DNA of 64,000 nt from Sphagnum compactum (taxonomy: Eukaryota): positions 14,250,213-14,314,212 of the forward strand of contig OZ234493.1 of assembly GCA_965153455.1 (NCBI GenBank), given 5' to 3'. Below the pieces are notes generated by a model that was not told the DNA's origin, did not search any database, and saw only the letters and a list, made by a program, of their open reading frames with translations. Position numbers and translations under genes: made by a program. Shown here piece after piece: positions 51,376-64,000 of this stretch (position 1 is its first letter; each line of letters opens with the position of its first letter).

Positions 51376-54171
51376 GAAAGGCCCTCGGCGAGCCCACAAA
51401 TCGACGGCTCGAAACTGAGATTCCAAAACGAAATCGACGTCCCGGAATGCAGATCTCGCCACCTGTGTCACAGATTCTATCGCCAGCTGGCACCCCAGCC
51501 GCCGATTCCTGGCTTTGTGAGTCCCGGTCCAGCTGGCCAATAAAGCTTTATGACAGATGGCAGAGTGTTAGCTCGCTAGTGGCTTATTCCGTGCAACCGC
51601 GTGGCACAGTCCGCGAATTAAATCACGACGTGTGGATCGCGTTCACAGGTTCTCTTTTTCTAAATTCAATCCCAAATAATAATAATAATCATAATATTTA
51701 AATAAACGAATTAAATAATTCCATAATTAAAAAAAACAAAAAGGTGAGCCTACTACCCCGAGTGTACAAATCTACACATCGTAGAGCACTTAAGTGGCTT
51801 TTTAAAACATGCAACCGTACTTTAGTGGTATTTTATTGGGCCCAGGTTTAGGCGAATTTCAAGCGGTTTTTCCCTGCAAACATCTGCACTTTAAGTGGTC
51901 ATTTATAGGGTCACAGAATACTGATTGGATTTAAGTGGCCATTTATAGGGTCGCAGAATACCTATTGGATTTCAGTGGTCTTTTTCCTGCATATATCTGC
52001 ACTTTAGTGGCCATTTACACTTTTTCCAGCTCTATCACGGGAGGAAGGCACATGATTAAACAACTTTCAGATGCACTTTAGTGGCTATTTATACTTTCCA
52101 GCTCTACCAGGAAAGGAGGAAGGCACAGTATTCCATAACACAAATTCCAGATTTCTATTTTCCAACTGTACAGGAGAAAAGGAGAGAAGAAAAGTAGTAA
52201 GTAGTCTGGAATTGATATCAAACTCTAATAAAAAAAGACATCTTCTGTTGTTGCCACTTCTGTTGTTGCAATTCTGTAAGATTCAAGGAATTTGCAACTT
52301 TTTTGCCCGCAATTCTCTAAACCAGTCGCTGTTTGAAATTTTCCAACCCGTGTAAGATTCAAGGAAATTGCAACCCTTTATTTTCACCCATATTCCTAAC
52401 CTCAAGATTCAAGGACTTTGCAACTTTTTGGCCCACAATTCTCAGCTTCTTCAAGCATGTGCCCATGCATTGAGAGAGCCAATCCCAAGTTACCCAAGGC
52501 AGACTCAATCACCAAGGGAAAGCACCAAACTGTTGCAGACTCAATCACCAAGGGGAAAGCAACACCAAGTGGCACCAAACTGTTGAGGTGGGACGGGGCA
52601 TAATTGATGATGACAAGTGTGCACTCACTCCAGCTTCTCCTTCATCATCTTCATGTATCTGAAACCTGAAAGCCCCAAACCTCATGCATGGCTCAATGCC
52701 ATTAGCAAACTAATAAAAGCATCTTTTGCATGTCAACAAGTAGGTTCATGTCAAACTTACTGTATATCCAGACGTGGGTCCAGCCTGCCTGCAATCAGCC
52801 AACATATAGAAGGACCACAGAAAGTCATCTTTTAGTACTCAACTTGTACAGGAACACAACAAAAGAGGTGTCACTATTTTAACTTGCCACAGAATGCATT
52901 ACCTACGTACGGTGCCTAAACCCTGTAAAGAGTACCTCGACTTTCAACAGAAATTCAGCTAACACTGAATCGACACATTGCATGACTAATTGACTCACCC
53001 ATCTAGTTTACCTTCAAAATTTGTTAGTACCCTAAGCCGGCTACAAAGGTTGGAACTTTCTTCACCATGTGCCAAATTGTTGCACTCTCACTCCCAACTG
53101 GAATAGCTGGAATCCCAAGAGAACATGCAAAAGATAGTTCTCTTGGCCTCTTTGCTAGACTGCTGTCCCAGATGTAACTTACATGCATGCCAGATGGACC
53201 AGTTAAGTTTAACAAACACCAATTTTACCAGGAAGGCTTACTTCCCATAACAGAAAAGCTCCAGGTCGTCACTTTCTGCAACTTTTAACAGTGTCCATGT
53301 GTCAAGAAGCACAATCTTTGAGCAACATATGACCAAATCCAAAAGTCAGTAAAAAATGCTAGTTACAATAAGTTCAGTTATGCCACACCCACAGTTAGCC
53401 ATCTAAAAACCCTCAGCAACATTAACTTGCCACGCTTTGAGCAAGCACAAACTTGCAGGGAGTCTGTATTCATGCCATGTTTGACCGCTGAAGTCTCTAT
53501 GTGTATAAATATCAGCAAGTGTGCCAACAGTTCTAGACTGGTTCACAGTAGCTAAATAATTGTCGCTCTTCTGAAGATCTGTTGATATCCAACACATCAA
53601 TACACTTGTACATCATTGTTCTAACTAATCTGTGACTTCACTAGGTCCATGCTGATCAATGTCAATGACATTTCAAGATCATCATTCTTGGCTCCTCTCC
53701 AGGAAAAGCTGCTTTCTTGAATTGCCTACTCAATCTATGTGAATAGGAAAGAGCACCAATCTTCCACCATCTTTTAGCTCAATGTCAATATCTCAAAGCC
53801 TGTTGCTGCATGTTGCTTATCAAGAGAAATCATGGTTTGTGGCAATGAGGAAAATTCTGGTCCCAGTTGCTTACACTTCCTGCACAAGAATCAAATGGGT
53901 GCTCTGCATGTTACTAAACTGAAAAAGGTCAGAATGATTTGGTCTCTTGAAAATCCAGAGCATTTCAGATCAAGCTTTGGGCCAGTTAGAGGATTAAATC
54001 TCCAGCCCATGCACCATTTTACACTAGGACAAGTTACAGAAATTTTCCTAAACTCAGACAAGAATGATGACAGAGTGTTTGTTACCTTCAACATCCAAAA
54101 CACGGGATGAATGTGCCATAGACCAGAAGGTCTAGTGCAGAGTCACCAAGTGTGAACTGTATGGTGACCAG

Positions 54172-57100
54172 TCAGGATCCACGTGCAGCCAGCAGCTCAG
54201 CTGCAATACCTTGTCGAATTCGGAATATGTCTTTATGGGAGAAAGAAAAGGGCGGTTCCAAACCCCTGGCTAAAAGGTCTGCAAATACACAAATGTACAC
54301 TCCACAACCACTTGCATCCTCCTGAAACATGCCACCAAACTTTGATGAGCCCCAGCAAAACCCTTCCATCTGCATGCTGCAACCCTTGATATGACCATAC
54401 AGGACAAATTCCAACAATTGAACAGCAAGAGCTAAACCAGAACACCTTTATCTTGTTCCTGCACAACCCTGAATAGTATCTCTTCCACCTCAAAATATGC
54501 AGTCATACCTGCTGAGGAACACCATCCTCCATAATCTCTTGTGTCCAGTGGCACAACCTTTGATGTGACCCAAACTTGTGAATACAGGATTCCTTGAGAA
54601 ACTCATTGACCTGCATTCACACAGCCTGTCAGTTACACAGCTTGTTTTAGATGATCAGTGTGCACACCATCTACCACCTCAATAAAATCCTCAAGAAGTT
54701 GTGAGGAGAAACCACGAAAAAAAAGAAAACAAATGCAATACAGGAACCCATAGACCCTAAGACGACATTGATTCTTCAGCATATACTTAACTGATACCAA
54801 CACAGAATCATAGGCATTTTCAGCTCTGGAGTGCACATGTGAGTCATAATATTCAACTGCTTGTCGTTGCATATCTACAGCCACCAGTGCCCTGCAAGAC
54901 AAGCTGTGGAATCAGAAGTAGTTCAACCCTGGGACAGCATAGTCACTCTTAGAGTCTGTTATTATCACTCTACAGACTGTACAAAAACATGAGATCACGG
55001 TAAGACTCTGCACAATAAATACAACATGACACTCTCAAATTTGTGGTCACAGACTTCTTAAAGAAGTTGGGCAAAAACACTTGCAACCACATCCTCCTTT
55101 GGTTTAGGAACACAAGGCCAAAAATATGTTCCCTCATCATCATGAAAAAAATGGAATCACACAATTGGGCCCAACATCAAAATCAACTTGACACAATATA
55201 TTCAAACCACTACTCAGCAGGTAGTGTACAAGGAGTGAGCATGTTTGTACTACAGAGGCTTTAGAGCCTGCCTTGCCACTATAGAATGAGTGGGCCAATG
55301 GGTGGTGTGCACACCAGTGAGATTGGAAGTAGTTGACGGGAATTATAATGATATCATATTCGAACCAGTCCTGCCATCACAAAGCATCTGTCAAAGCCAA
55401 GTAATGGAGACAAATTCCTTAGAAACCCAAACAAGAATTGCAGTGAGATCACAGAAAAGAAGAACTTCTGCTGAGACAAAAGCAGAAAGTCTGATCAGGT
55501 CTTAGAGATAAATTAAAGAGCTGCATCTGATACATTGAACAATATACAAAAGCATGCATGCAGTGAGATGAACTCACTATCTTATTTTTCCATCGACGTA
55601 CACCTTCATATCCAGAGGTCAACAGCTTTTGGCAAAAAAAACTATTGTATACACAGACACGAGGAGGCACCCTACAAAGACAAACACACCCATTGTACTC
55701 AGAAGTGAAGAACAGATGCACAAATCCTCATCCAAAGCTACAATGACAAACATGAACATCCCTGGTGTATGCTTGAAGGAAGCAGTGAAACAAGTTTGAC
55801 ATTCCTCCACACTCCACCAAAGTTACAACATAAAGAGAAGATTAAATGCAGATATAAACTAGCTGCTCATCTCTGGCACCAGATGCAGTCATATCTGACC
55901 TAATATGCTTATGTCTAATACCTTCCAAATTTCTGCTCCTTTTTGTGTATGTTCCACAATGTCCTACTCCGAATCTGCAGGAGGTGACAATCATGTACAA
56001 ATGAAAGTAAGTTACTTAACATAATTTGATGTGACTTCAGACACGTTGAATGGCAGGATTCATTAGTCCATGTATCCACTGTTTCATATCTGCCATGGCA
56101 TATCCTAACCAAGTTGAATACTGCACCACAGGTCTGAGATTGCAATACTTTACCTCAATCAGTGTCATGTAAGTGTTGATGACCTCACTGTTGAGCCAAC
56201 CTCCTGATAGCAACAATTTCATATCACAAGCCCGCACACTGTCACCACATTTCAGTTGCATCACCTCCTCATCCCCATCCATTGCCATGATGTCAGCTAA
56301 TGCATTGGCTTCAAATTGAGACAAGGACCGCAGCGAGGATGGACGATCTTTTTGTAGTTCTTCACATTTTTTAACTGCAACATTGCCAAAAAGTACGGTT
56401 ATTTCCAAACAGGCAAGCCAGGATACAACAGCCTTCTCAAGATTCATGTTCCCAGATCCAGAGGATCTCTATCATCTTTGTGAAACAGCAACGTGCACCA
56501 AAATATTTAGGGTTACAGACAGGTGAGCCCTAGCCAGCACCCTGATGCTTCTTGTTCACACTGGAGGATCTGGTACTACAAGTCCTTAACATTCTGAGAT
56601 TCAAAATCCACCAAAAATTAGGGTTTGCAAACTGGTGTGCCTCCTCATGATTCCTGGTGACAGAGCTGAAGGACCTGGTGGACAATGGTCACATTTTTCC
56701 AAATGATTTTTCCAAATGTGAAACCAGCCATACAAATAAGCGAGAGGCTCGTGGTTCCTTTTCACATACCTGGAGCATCTTCTCCGAATTCTTCACATTT
56801 CAGAATTGTGAGAATTAAACAAAGACAGAAACAAGCAAGCCAGAAAAAAGGCCATCTCATTTCGCCGTGTTCACGGTCGGTCAACAAGGATCCACAAGCA
56901 AGACAACTCACAGACCATCACCAGGAAGGATGCTAACCTTTCCATTGAGCTCTGCTAGCAAAAAGCTTTTCCTTCCTTCCTTTTGCTCTATATCCATGAC
57001 GCTGATCTGATTCTGCACCTTGGAATCCATCACTCCTCGTCGTTCCGACACCGTCGTCGTCGTCGTCCTCCACTCCCGACGAAACTCGAGACGCTGGAGC

Positions 57101-57790
57101 AGATTCCAAGCACGTATCCACCGGCAGCCTCCATGAAGGAATGCGAAACCACGAGTCTACGCAACCACCACCCGCCTCCCGGCACCAATCGCCACGGCTA
57201 TTGACATCCTCCTCCTCCTTCGTTGCGGCGACGTTAGGTCGGAGAGGAGGAGATCCATAGGACCTCGTCCCCCCCGGTTGGCGCTGCTGCGCAGAAGAAA
57301 GCTTGGGAAGGGAAAAGCTAGCTCTCACTTGATTCGGCCTCCGAGAGGAGAGTGCGAGGAGGCTACGTCCAGAGCGGCGCAGATGTCGCCAGAAGCGTAC
57401 ACACGCCAAAAAGAAGAGACTCCGCGGAAGCCAAGGCCTTGGCGCCCTGCGTGTAAGCGGCATACGAGGGAGCTTCAGATTCCAAAACTTGGGATGGCGA
57501 TCTCTGGGCACGGCAGACACCATCGCAGTTCTTCCGGTACGAAGCTTGCGCCATCGCCAGCAACGTTCTTCTTCTTCGTCTTCGTCTTCTTCTCCCTTGT
57601 TTCTTCGCGCTCTCTTCCTCGCGCTCCTTGCAACGCTCGCCCTCGTCGGATTTCGGACGAAAGGACGAGGAACTACCGATTTCCTAGCCCATTGGTAATC
57701 ACGGGCTCCGTCCAAGATGGGGGACGAGCGTCCAACTTGGCGTCGCTTTGCCGACAACTTGAATGAACGAATACCAGGATTCTCGTCCAT
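54172..57790 (-). CDS. Ubiquitin-like (SUMO) protease, ULP1/SENP peptidase C48 family, divergent
   Basis: Exons 57790-56938 (basic, disordered N-terminus), optional 56790-56770, 56374-56154 (LLSGGWLNSEVINTYM), 55974-55922, 55671-55578 (YNSFFCQKL..GYEGVRRW), 55370-55315 (IIIPVN..SHW), 54891-54798 (EYYDS), 54610-54509 (VPQQ) and 54321-54172 (SGCGVYIC...FSHKDI..IRQ). The His/Asp/Cys triad and oxyanion Gln are present. Confidence 0.9.
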
Positions 57791-58199
57791 TATGCTCTAG
57801 GGTTCCGTCCAAGAAACTGGAATGTCAAGGAGATGGACGGTTCCACAAACACCAGTTACCATGGACGACGAACTACGACTGTCCTCGTCCAGCGGTTATC
57901 TAGGGTTTCATCCAAGATGGTGATGAGCGGGGATGGGTAGTTGGTTAGCCGACAACGTGAATGAACGAATACCAGGATTCTCATCCATTGAGCTCTACGT
58001 ACAGCAGAAGTGACCCAGCACCCACCAATGCACCACCAGTTCCTATGGAGAAAAACCCTTTCGTATGGATGAAACCCGGCCAGAGTGAACCACCAGCACC
58101 CTTCAGTGGACCAATCCAGATGGATGGTGCACTGATGGATTTCACTTTTTCATCCTTGTGTTAACCAAGCTGGTTAACAGAGGTTAGCTTTTCACCAAA

Positions 58200-58960
58200 T
58201 GACATAAATGTTGTTTGTAAATCAATTTTATTAAGTTCCTCGCAAATTCTTTTTGTTAATGTCACCTAAATGAACCCTTTTTTTTGAAAGGGTTAAAGAT
58301 TCCATTGGGACAAGAATTTTGTGTTTTTTTTTCTCCATACAAAGGCCATGGAAAATTAAATCGACAAATGGCTTTTAATTTTTCTTCCTGCAAGTCTTGA
58401 GATGTGTTTGAACTTCATGAAGATTGGGTGCTAATTTATTATTATCACATGATATATATTTTGTCCATAGATTTTCAATTGCATTGTTTTGAATCCAAAC
58501 CATAAATTGGTGCATTTGCAACCCATAAAAGTCCACGGTCCTGTTAACTTCCACAACTTTGAAATTTTGTAACAAAGAAAAAAAAATCTAGTAAATGCCC
58601 AAAAATGGAATTATCTTTCATACACAATGTACGAACTGATTTCATACAATGATCATAATATTGTGCACATGTAATAGATCACATCATATAAGATCTACAA
58701 CATGTTATGTTTGGGTTCTAATTTGTTAAAAGGAATGTGAAGTCCTAATTTTTTACTATTTAAGTCATATAAACATTTTAATAAAGGAAGCCATTTACTT
58801 TCAACTCTAGTAAATATAACAAAAAAATTTGGGTGACGTAATTGTTGAATCATTGCAAATGTGAATATTTTTTTAATCGACTCAAATAATCAAATGAAAT
58901 ATGTAGTCTTGAAAAATCTATATATCCTAATTGAAGCAAATTGTTTACAAAATTGACTAG
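58200..58960 (-). mobile_element. Degenerate Helitron Rep (rolling-circle initiator) fragment
   Basis: Minus-strand remnants in the expected order: FAMIQQLRHPNFFVIFTRVESKWLPL (about 58860-58780), SITCAQYYDHCMKS (about 58680-58640), YISCD...VQTHLKTCRKK and ICRFNFPWP (about 58460-58340). Frameshifted. Confidence 0.75.
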
Positions 58961-59499
58961 TTTTGTACATGCTAACAGTCTACTTGTCAAGGAGAATCAA
59001 GCTTGAACTTAAGAACTCTTGCTTGAGAAACATTTGGAGTGTTTCGAGACACAAGACAAACACATCAACCAAAACCAAGAGAAAATAGTAAAGGCCATTA
59101 TCAATTTGATTTCAAAGTCATGAATACGTGGCATTTGTGAAAGTTATGCAAAACAACAATAGCGACCCAATGCAAGCTCTTGAAAACAATAACACAATCG
59201 ATGACAACTAAGTTGACCATTGAAAAAAATTTTGACAAAAGAATCCATAGATTTTCATGAAGGACAAATGTAATTTGAGGGTTTTAGAATACAAATTCAT
59301 ATGTGAAACTTCTATGTTTGCCAAGATAATGAATCGACTCCCTTGTTAACATCTCTCCAATTCTCTTTTAATGCCCATGGATTTGTTGTTAAATACCTAG
59401 ATCATCATGGGCAAGGTCCATCTTGAAGTTTAAAGTTCTTGAGGTAGGTGAATGTCTATTGTTAATTCTAATTCCATAATGGGAAGCAATCATTCAATG

Positions 59500-60400
59500 C
59501 TGGCATCATTCTCATTCTTTATAAAATTGTGAAGCATACAATGAAACATGTTGAATGTAAAATATACATGAAAGTCTAATTTGTGCAATAGTTCTAAAAG
59601 GACAATTTTTACAATTCCAAATGCATTTTAAACTAGAAAATGCCCTTGTTTGTGTTTTCTATTATAAAGTAATTTAAAGATGGTATGGGTTCCTTCTTCT
59701 TTAAATGGTGTCATGGGTTAATTTAGAAGGGGATAACCTTTGTCAGTCATTGAGTAGGTAAAGTGGGGTGCCATCTCCACAACCTTTATTCACATCAAAC
59801 AAGTCACAATATTGAACATGTTTATAGTTGATACATTCCAAATTTGCACATGATACTTGAGTCATTAACATTATTTGGTAGACCTAAAAAACATCAATGA
59901 ACCTTTTTTATACTCTATTACAATTCAAGAACAATTATAAAATATTTGCATTGTTTGTGATAAAAATAATTTTATAAAAAGGATGAAGGTTTTGAGATAG
60001 AGATGCAAGTGCCATCAATTTCACCGTGAACTAAAAGAAAACTACATAATTGAGTAAAATCTTCCAACATATATTGTGTTTCTACCCATATTAAAAGCAA
60101 AATTCATTACAACAATAAATTCATGCAACATTAAAGAAAGTTCAATGGACTTCCCTATTGCAAACAACTCATTATAAATGAAGAAATTGATGCCACACAT
60201 AAGTTTTTACATAACACAACAATCTTTTATTTCAACAAGATTGGCATTTGATATTCGGTGTTTTATTTCAAATGTAAATGCCTCAATCTTTTGACAATCA
60301 TGCAAAGGCGACTTAAACATTTTGAAATTTTCCACTCATCCATCACCATTGATCATCTTCATATTCAATGAAAACAATTCCTCAAAATTGAATTGTGTTT
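59500..60400 (-). mobile_element. Degenerate PIF/Harbinger (DDE_Tnp_4) transposase fragment
   Basis: Minus-strand remnants HGEIDGTCISISKP (about 60028-59985), PNNVNDSSI (about 59880-59850), DKGYPLL...MTPF (about 59745-59700), NAFGIVK (about 59630-59605) and LHN (about 59535), matching the GAIDGTH / PGSVHD / GDxGYPL / ERAFG / LHN series. Confidence 0.75.
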
Positions 60401-63188
60401 TTCAGCTTAACTTAGTCACCTATATCCTATAACATGACATGAAACACTTTTGTTGATATAAAATCATGTATATCAAGAAAAAATGATTAAGTAGAATAAT
60501 TATAAATTTGGTCAACTATGTGAAATAACAATCCATGGAGTCCATTATGAAGACGATTTCTTCTAAGGTTTCTTCCATGGATTGCAATAAATTAAAAAAT
60601 AAAAGAAAAAATGCATGAATGAACTTGTTTGGGACAAAAGCTGCAATAGATTGAAAGTGTGAGTTTGGAAGAGGAGACAATGAACACAACACCAACACAT
60701 GGGACCTTCCTCCATGTTAGTATATTAAAATGTTATTATTCATCTTTTCATCACTATTGTCAATTCTAATCAAAGATGTAATTGGAAATTTTTTTCAAGA
60801 TTCAATTTTTTTCATTACATTTGAATTTCCACCTACCTTGTTTATTATTGAAAATTTGTCCTTGATACTAACAATGACGAAGACAACGAGGATAAAAACT
60901 TGCAAATAAATTAACAATGTAGAAACACAAAAAAATGGCACAAGACAAAACAACAATTAACAAAATAATTAAGTTTTAATGCTCCAAATATATTTGAACT
61001 AGCATAAGGTGATGAAAAAAAAAAACAACAAAAAAAAATAACATTGTAAAAGTGTAAAAAAAAGACACAATAGATTAGAACAAAAAACAAAATAATTGAG
61101 TTGTAGCACTCCAAATAGTTTCAAAACCAAAAAGAGAATAAGCAACGAGAACAAGGAAGCATGAGAATTCAAAGGAAATGTAATAATAAACAATAATGTG
61201 AGAGAAGACTTAAGGAAATATCTTACAATGTTGCAAAGACAATGGTGCTTCCAACCTACTTGGTAAATGTTTTATGAAATTAACAAACACCATGTTTGGA
61301 TATGATCACCTTATCTTAAGGATGGTAGTTGTTGTTTCACCTTGACATATTATGCATCATGTTATGGCTAAATGACTTCCGTTTATGTTAATTATCATTA
61401 AGGGTGATGATAATTTAGACCTAGGATGTAATACCTTTTCAACAACTATATTGGTGTTTATCATTAGGTCTTTAACACCATGTTAAATCTAACATAATTA
61501 TATTATTTTAAAAGTGAAAATTTCCAAAAAAAGAAAAAAAAGTATGTTGAATTTATCTGGTTTTTAGCATGGAATTTTCAACTTTATAAAAAATTCAACA
61601 TTGAAACGTTGAAATTGCTGTAACACCACAATAATGTGCATTTTCAAATATATTGTATTTCAGACGTGGGCCAATGACACATGCCACACTATTTTATTAA
61701 ATAAGGAAAGCAGTTCAATGATTGTTATGTTTGGTTTATCATGTTTAAATCTCCCAAACCATGGTGCCCTTTCTCGTGCTCTCGGTACCATCGAAAACCT
61801 TGAATGAAAAATATGCATTAAGGTGGTTTTGTAATGTCTAAACCAAGGTTGCCAAAAGGGATGTTGTTAACAGAAGGACATTCGCTAGAATCCTTCTTGG
61901 TGCCATTAGTAGTGGAAAATTTTGTTTTATGCACCATTTTATTTTTACCTTAGTTATTATTTAAGCACGGGCAAAGTTTGGACTTACGTTTTTCCCAACA
62001 TGCCCAATGCCTTTCTTCAAGTTCCATCGTGCTTCCTAGCATCTACTTTAGCTTGCAAAAAATTAAAGAATTATTTTTTAAGAAAACTCAACATCCCTTA
62101 ACATGTTTCTTGGCATTCCCTTGTCTTTTTCAGCACAACTATTTTTCCCTAGCATTCTTCTTGATGTAGTTGGCACAATTTGATACTTTTGACATCCTTC
62201 CCAATGCCCTTATTGTTTTTTTTTTGGATGCTAATGGCATGCTTGCCAACATCCCTTGGTGTCCTTTTTAACTCCCTTCTTCACATCAATTGTGAATGTT
62301 TTTCCAACACCATGTCATCCTTCCCATTGCCCTCACCATTCTCATTGTCCTTATCACCATTCCTATCATTTTGTTGTTGTTCCATCCATTCCCACCATTC
62401 TATCCCCATTCCCACTATTGCATCATTATTTGTGTTGTTCTATCGCTATTATTGTCATCCTTCATCGTCTTTCACCATTCCCCATCACTATTTCTATTGT
62501 ATCATTGTTCCTTCACCATTTGTTGAGCCTAGAAAAAATGTTCCCCAAACACAACACCCCAATCATGAACTTGAATTTTACCAAGGACACCCAACTTTTG
62601 GATGTCTTGGATGTTGGCATCTCATCTTAGAATGCCCTACCAAGGACAAGATGTGTGCAACCTTGGTTTAGACCTCTAATGTAAGAGTTATTGAATATTG
62701 AACAATGTTATCATCAAAATTTCAATAAAATCATAACTAGATTTTTTAGGGAAATTGAAACACACTTTTGATAATGTTGGAAAGTGATTAATGAGTAGAA
62801 TTTCATGGAGTGATTTTGTAAATTTTAGACCTAAAATGTTAGCGATACTCAATTTTGCACTATCTATGTCATTTGACATTGAATATAAATTCAAATCGGG
62901 TAATGAGTTCACATTTGAGCCAACAACACATGCCACACTAGTATATATTGAAACAACATTGGAAACAACACACATATAATAGTATTTGTGCTACACACCC
63001 CTTGCCCTTAGTTAGTCGAGTATATGTAAGCATCACTACAACTAGGCTACCATCATAATTTTTGTGGTAAAAAATAATTTTGAACCACCTACTTTTCAAC
63101 CCACATTAACTATATGCTTGGAGAATTAATGCAATTCACACTAATTCCAACCCACATTAAGGTACTCTAATAGAGTGTAGCTACACAA

Positions 63189-63563
63189 TCATGGTAGTGG
63201 TAAAGGGGGAAGTGCACATGGTGTTGGAGGGGGTAGTGCAAATGGTGGTGGAGGGGGTAGTGCCAATGGTGGTGGAGGGGGTAGTGCAAATGGTGGTGGA
63301 GGGGGTAGTGCCAATGGTGGTGGAGGGGGTAGTGCCAATGGTGGTGGAGGGGGTAGTGCCAATGGTGTTGGAGGAGGTAGTGCAAATGGTGGTGGAGGGG
63401 GTAGTGCGAATGGTGGTGGAGGGGGTAGTGCAAATGCTGGTGGAAAGGTTGGACTCGTTGTATTAACATTTGCGCCTGGGATTGGAGGGCTTCCTGGGTT
63501 TGGAAGCACTGGCACTGACCTTCTGACGGTATTGGAGCTGCCAAACAAATCCTTACTTTGGTC
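63189..63563 (-). CDS. Probable last exon of a proline-rich protein gene that starts beyond the window
   Basis: A T-rich acceptor (ttatggcag|GAC) at 63564 opens 125 codons, DQSKDLFG...(F/L)ALPPPPP x about 9...LPLP*. Upstream exons could not be resolved, and the + strand is also open as GGGGGSAN repeats. Confidence 0.45.
   Translation of the reverse strand, partial: DQSKDLFGSSNTVRRSVPVLPNPGSPPIPGANVNTTSPTFPPAFALPPPPPFALPPPPPFALPPPTPLALPPPPPLALPPPPPLALPPPPPFALPPPPPLALPPPPPFALPPPTPCALPPLPLP
63200..63436. repeat. 24 bp tandem repeat, about 10 copies
   Basis: 'ggtggtggagggggtagtgc(a/c)aat' head to tail. Confidence 0.95.
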
Positions 63564-64000
63564 CTGCCATAAGAAAAAAAAACGAAGTTTTAAAGTATAA
63601 AATAAAAAGGGCAATGACAACATGCAAGGACCAATGGGGATCAATTTTTTATGAAGAATTGACAATTTTCCCTCACTAGGTACCCACACTCTTTCAAACG
63701 AGTATTACCCCAAGCCCAGGTGAACCAGCACCTACAATAGTACCTTCACCCTCTCCTTCTTGAGTGATGCCTCTTAGTGACCCTAAACCAAGAAATGTTA
63801 GATCTGGACTCAGAAACCCTAATTTAGTCTAAGCATGAACTTTGAGGTTTTTACCATGGTACCAGTGTAGGTGCTGGTTAACCCAAGGGAACCCGAGCCA
63901 AATGGTGACAAAGAGTTCTAGGAACAAAGCTTTCGTGCAGCTAAATGATGTTGGAATAAAGTGTGAGGTGCTATTGGGAACAGCTTGCAGTACACAAAGG

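Noticed and set aside
47398-60400. One Harbinger-type element made of the Myb/SANT gene, ULP1 and the transposase
   Set aside because: The transposase is heavily decayed while both genes are intact with host-like introns, a Helitron fragment intervenes, and no terminal inverted repeats were seen.

Overview
This is eukaryotic nuclear DNA from a land plant. The spliceosomal GT-AG introns, plant-type proteins and very AT-rich, CpG-depleted intergenic stretches suggest a bryophyte, possibly Sphagnum-like (an inference, not verified). I reconstructed six apparently intact multi-exon genes by hand: a NEMP/TMEM194 nuclear-envelope protein (-), an ER-type NDP kinase with signal peptide and DDEL (-), eIF4A (-), UBP25 (+), a trihelix/Myb-SANT protein (-) and a divergent ULP1/C48 SUMO protease (-). 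A probable last exon of a Pro-rich gene lies at the right edge. Between the genes are decayed sequences: a UPF1-like SF1 helicase pseudogene, a Ty3/Gypsy RT-RNase H fragment, Helitron Rep and PIF/Harbinger transposase remnants, and many short tandem arrays, several just upstream of gene starts. The most unusual signals are (1) a spliced pseudogene with two C2H2 zinc fingers followed by a segment resembling the N-terminal half of Tet-like 2OG-Fe(II) dioxygenases, cut off by the Gypsy fragment, and (2) long fold-back structures in eIF4A introns whose G-U pairs favour the transcribed strand. No rRNA, intact tRNA or CRISPR array was seen. All exon boundaries were read manually and no database search was run.
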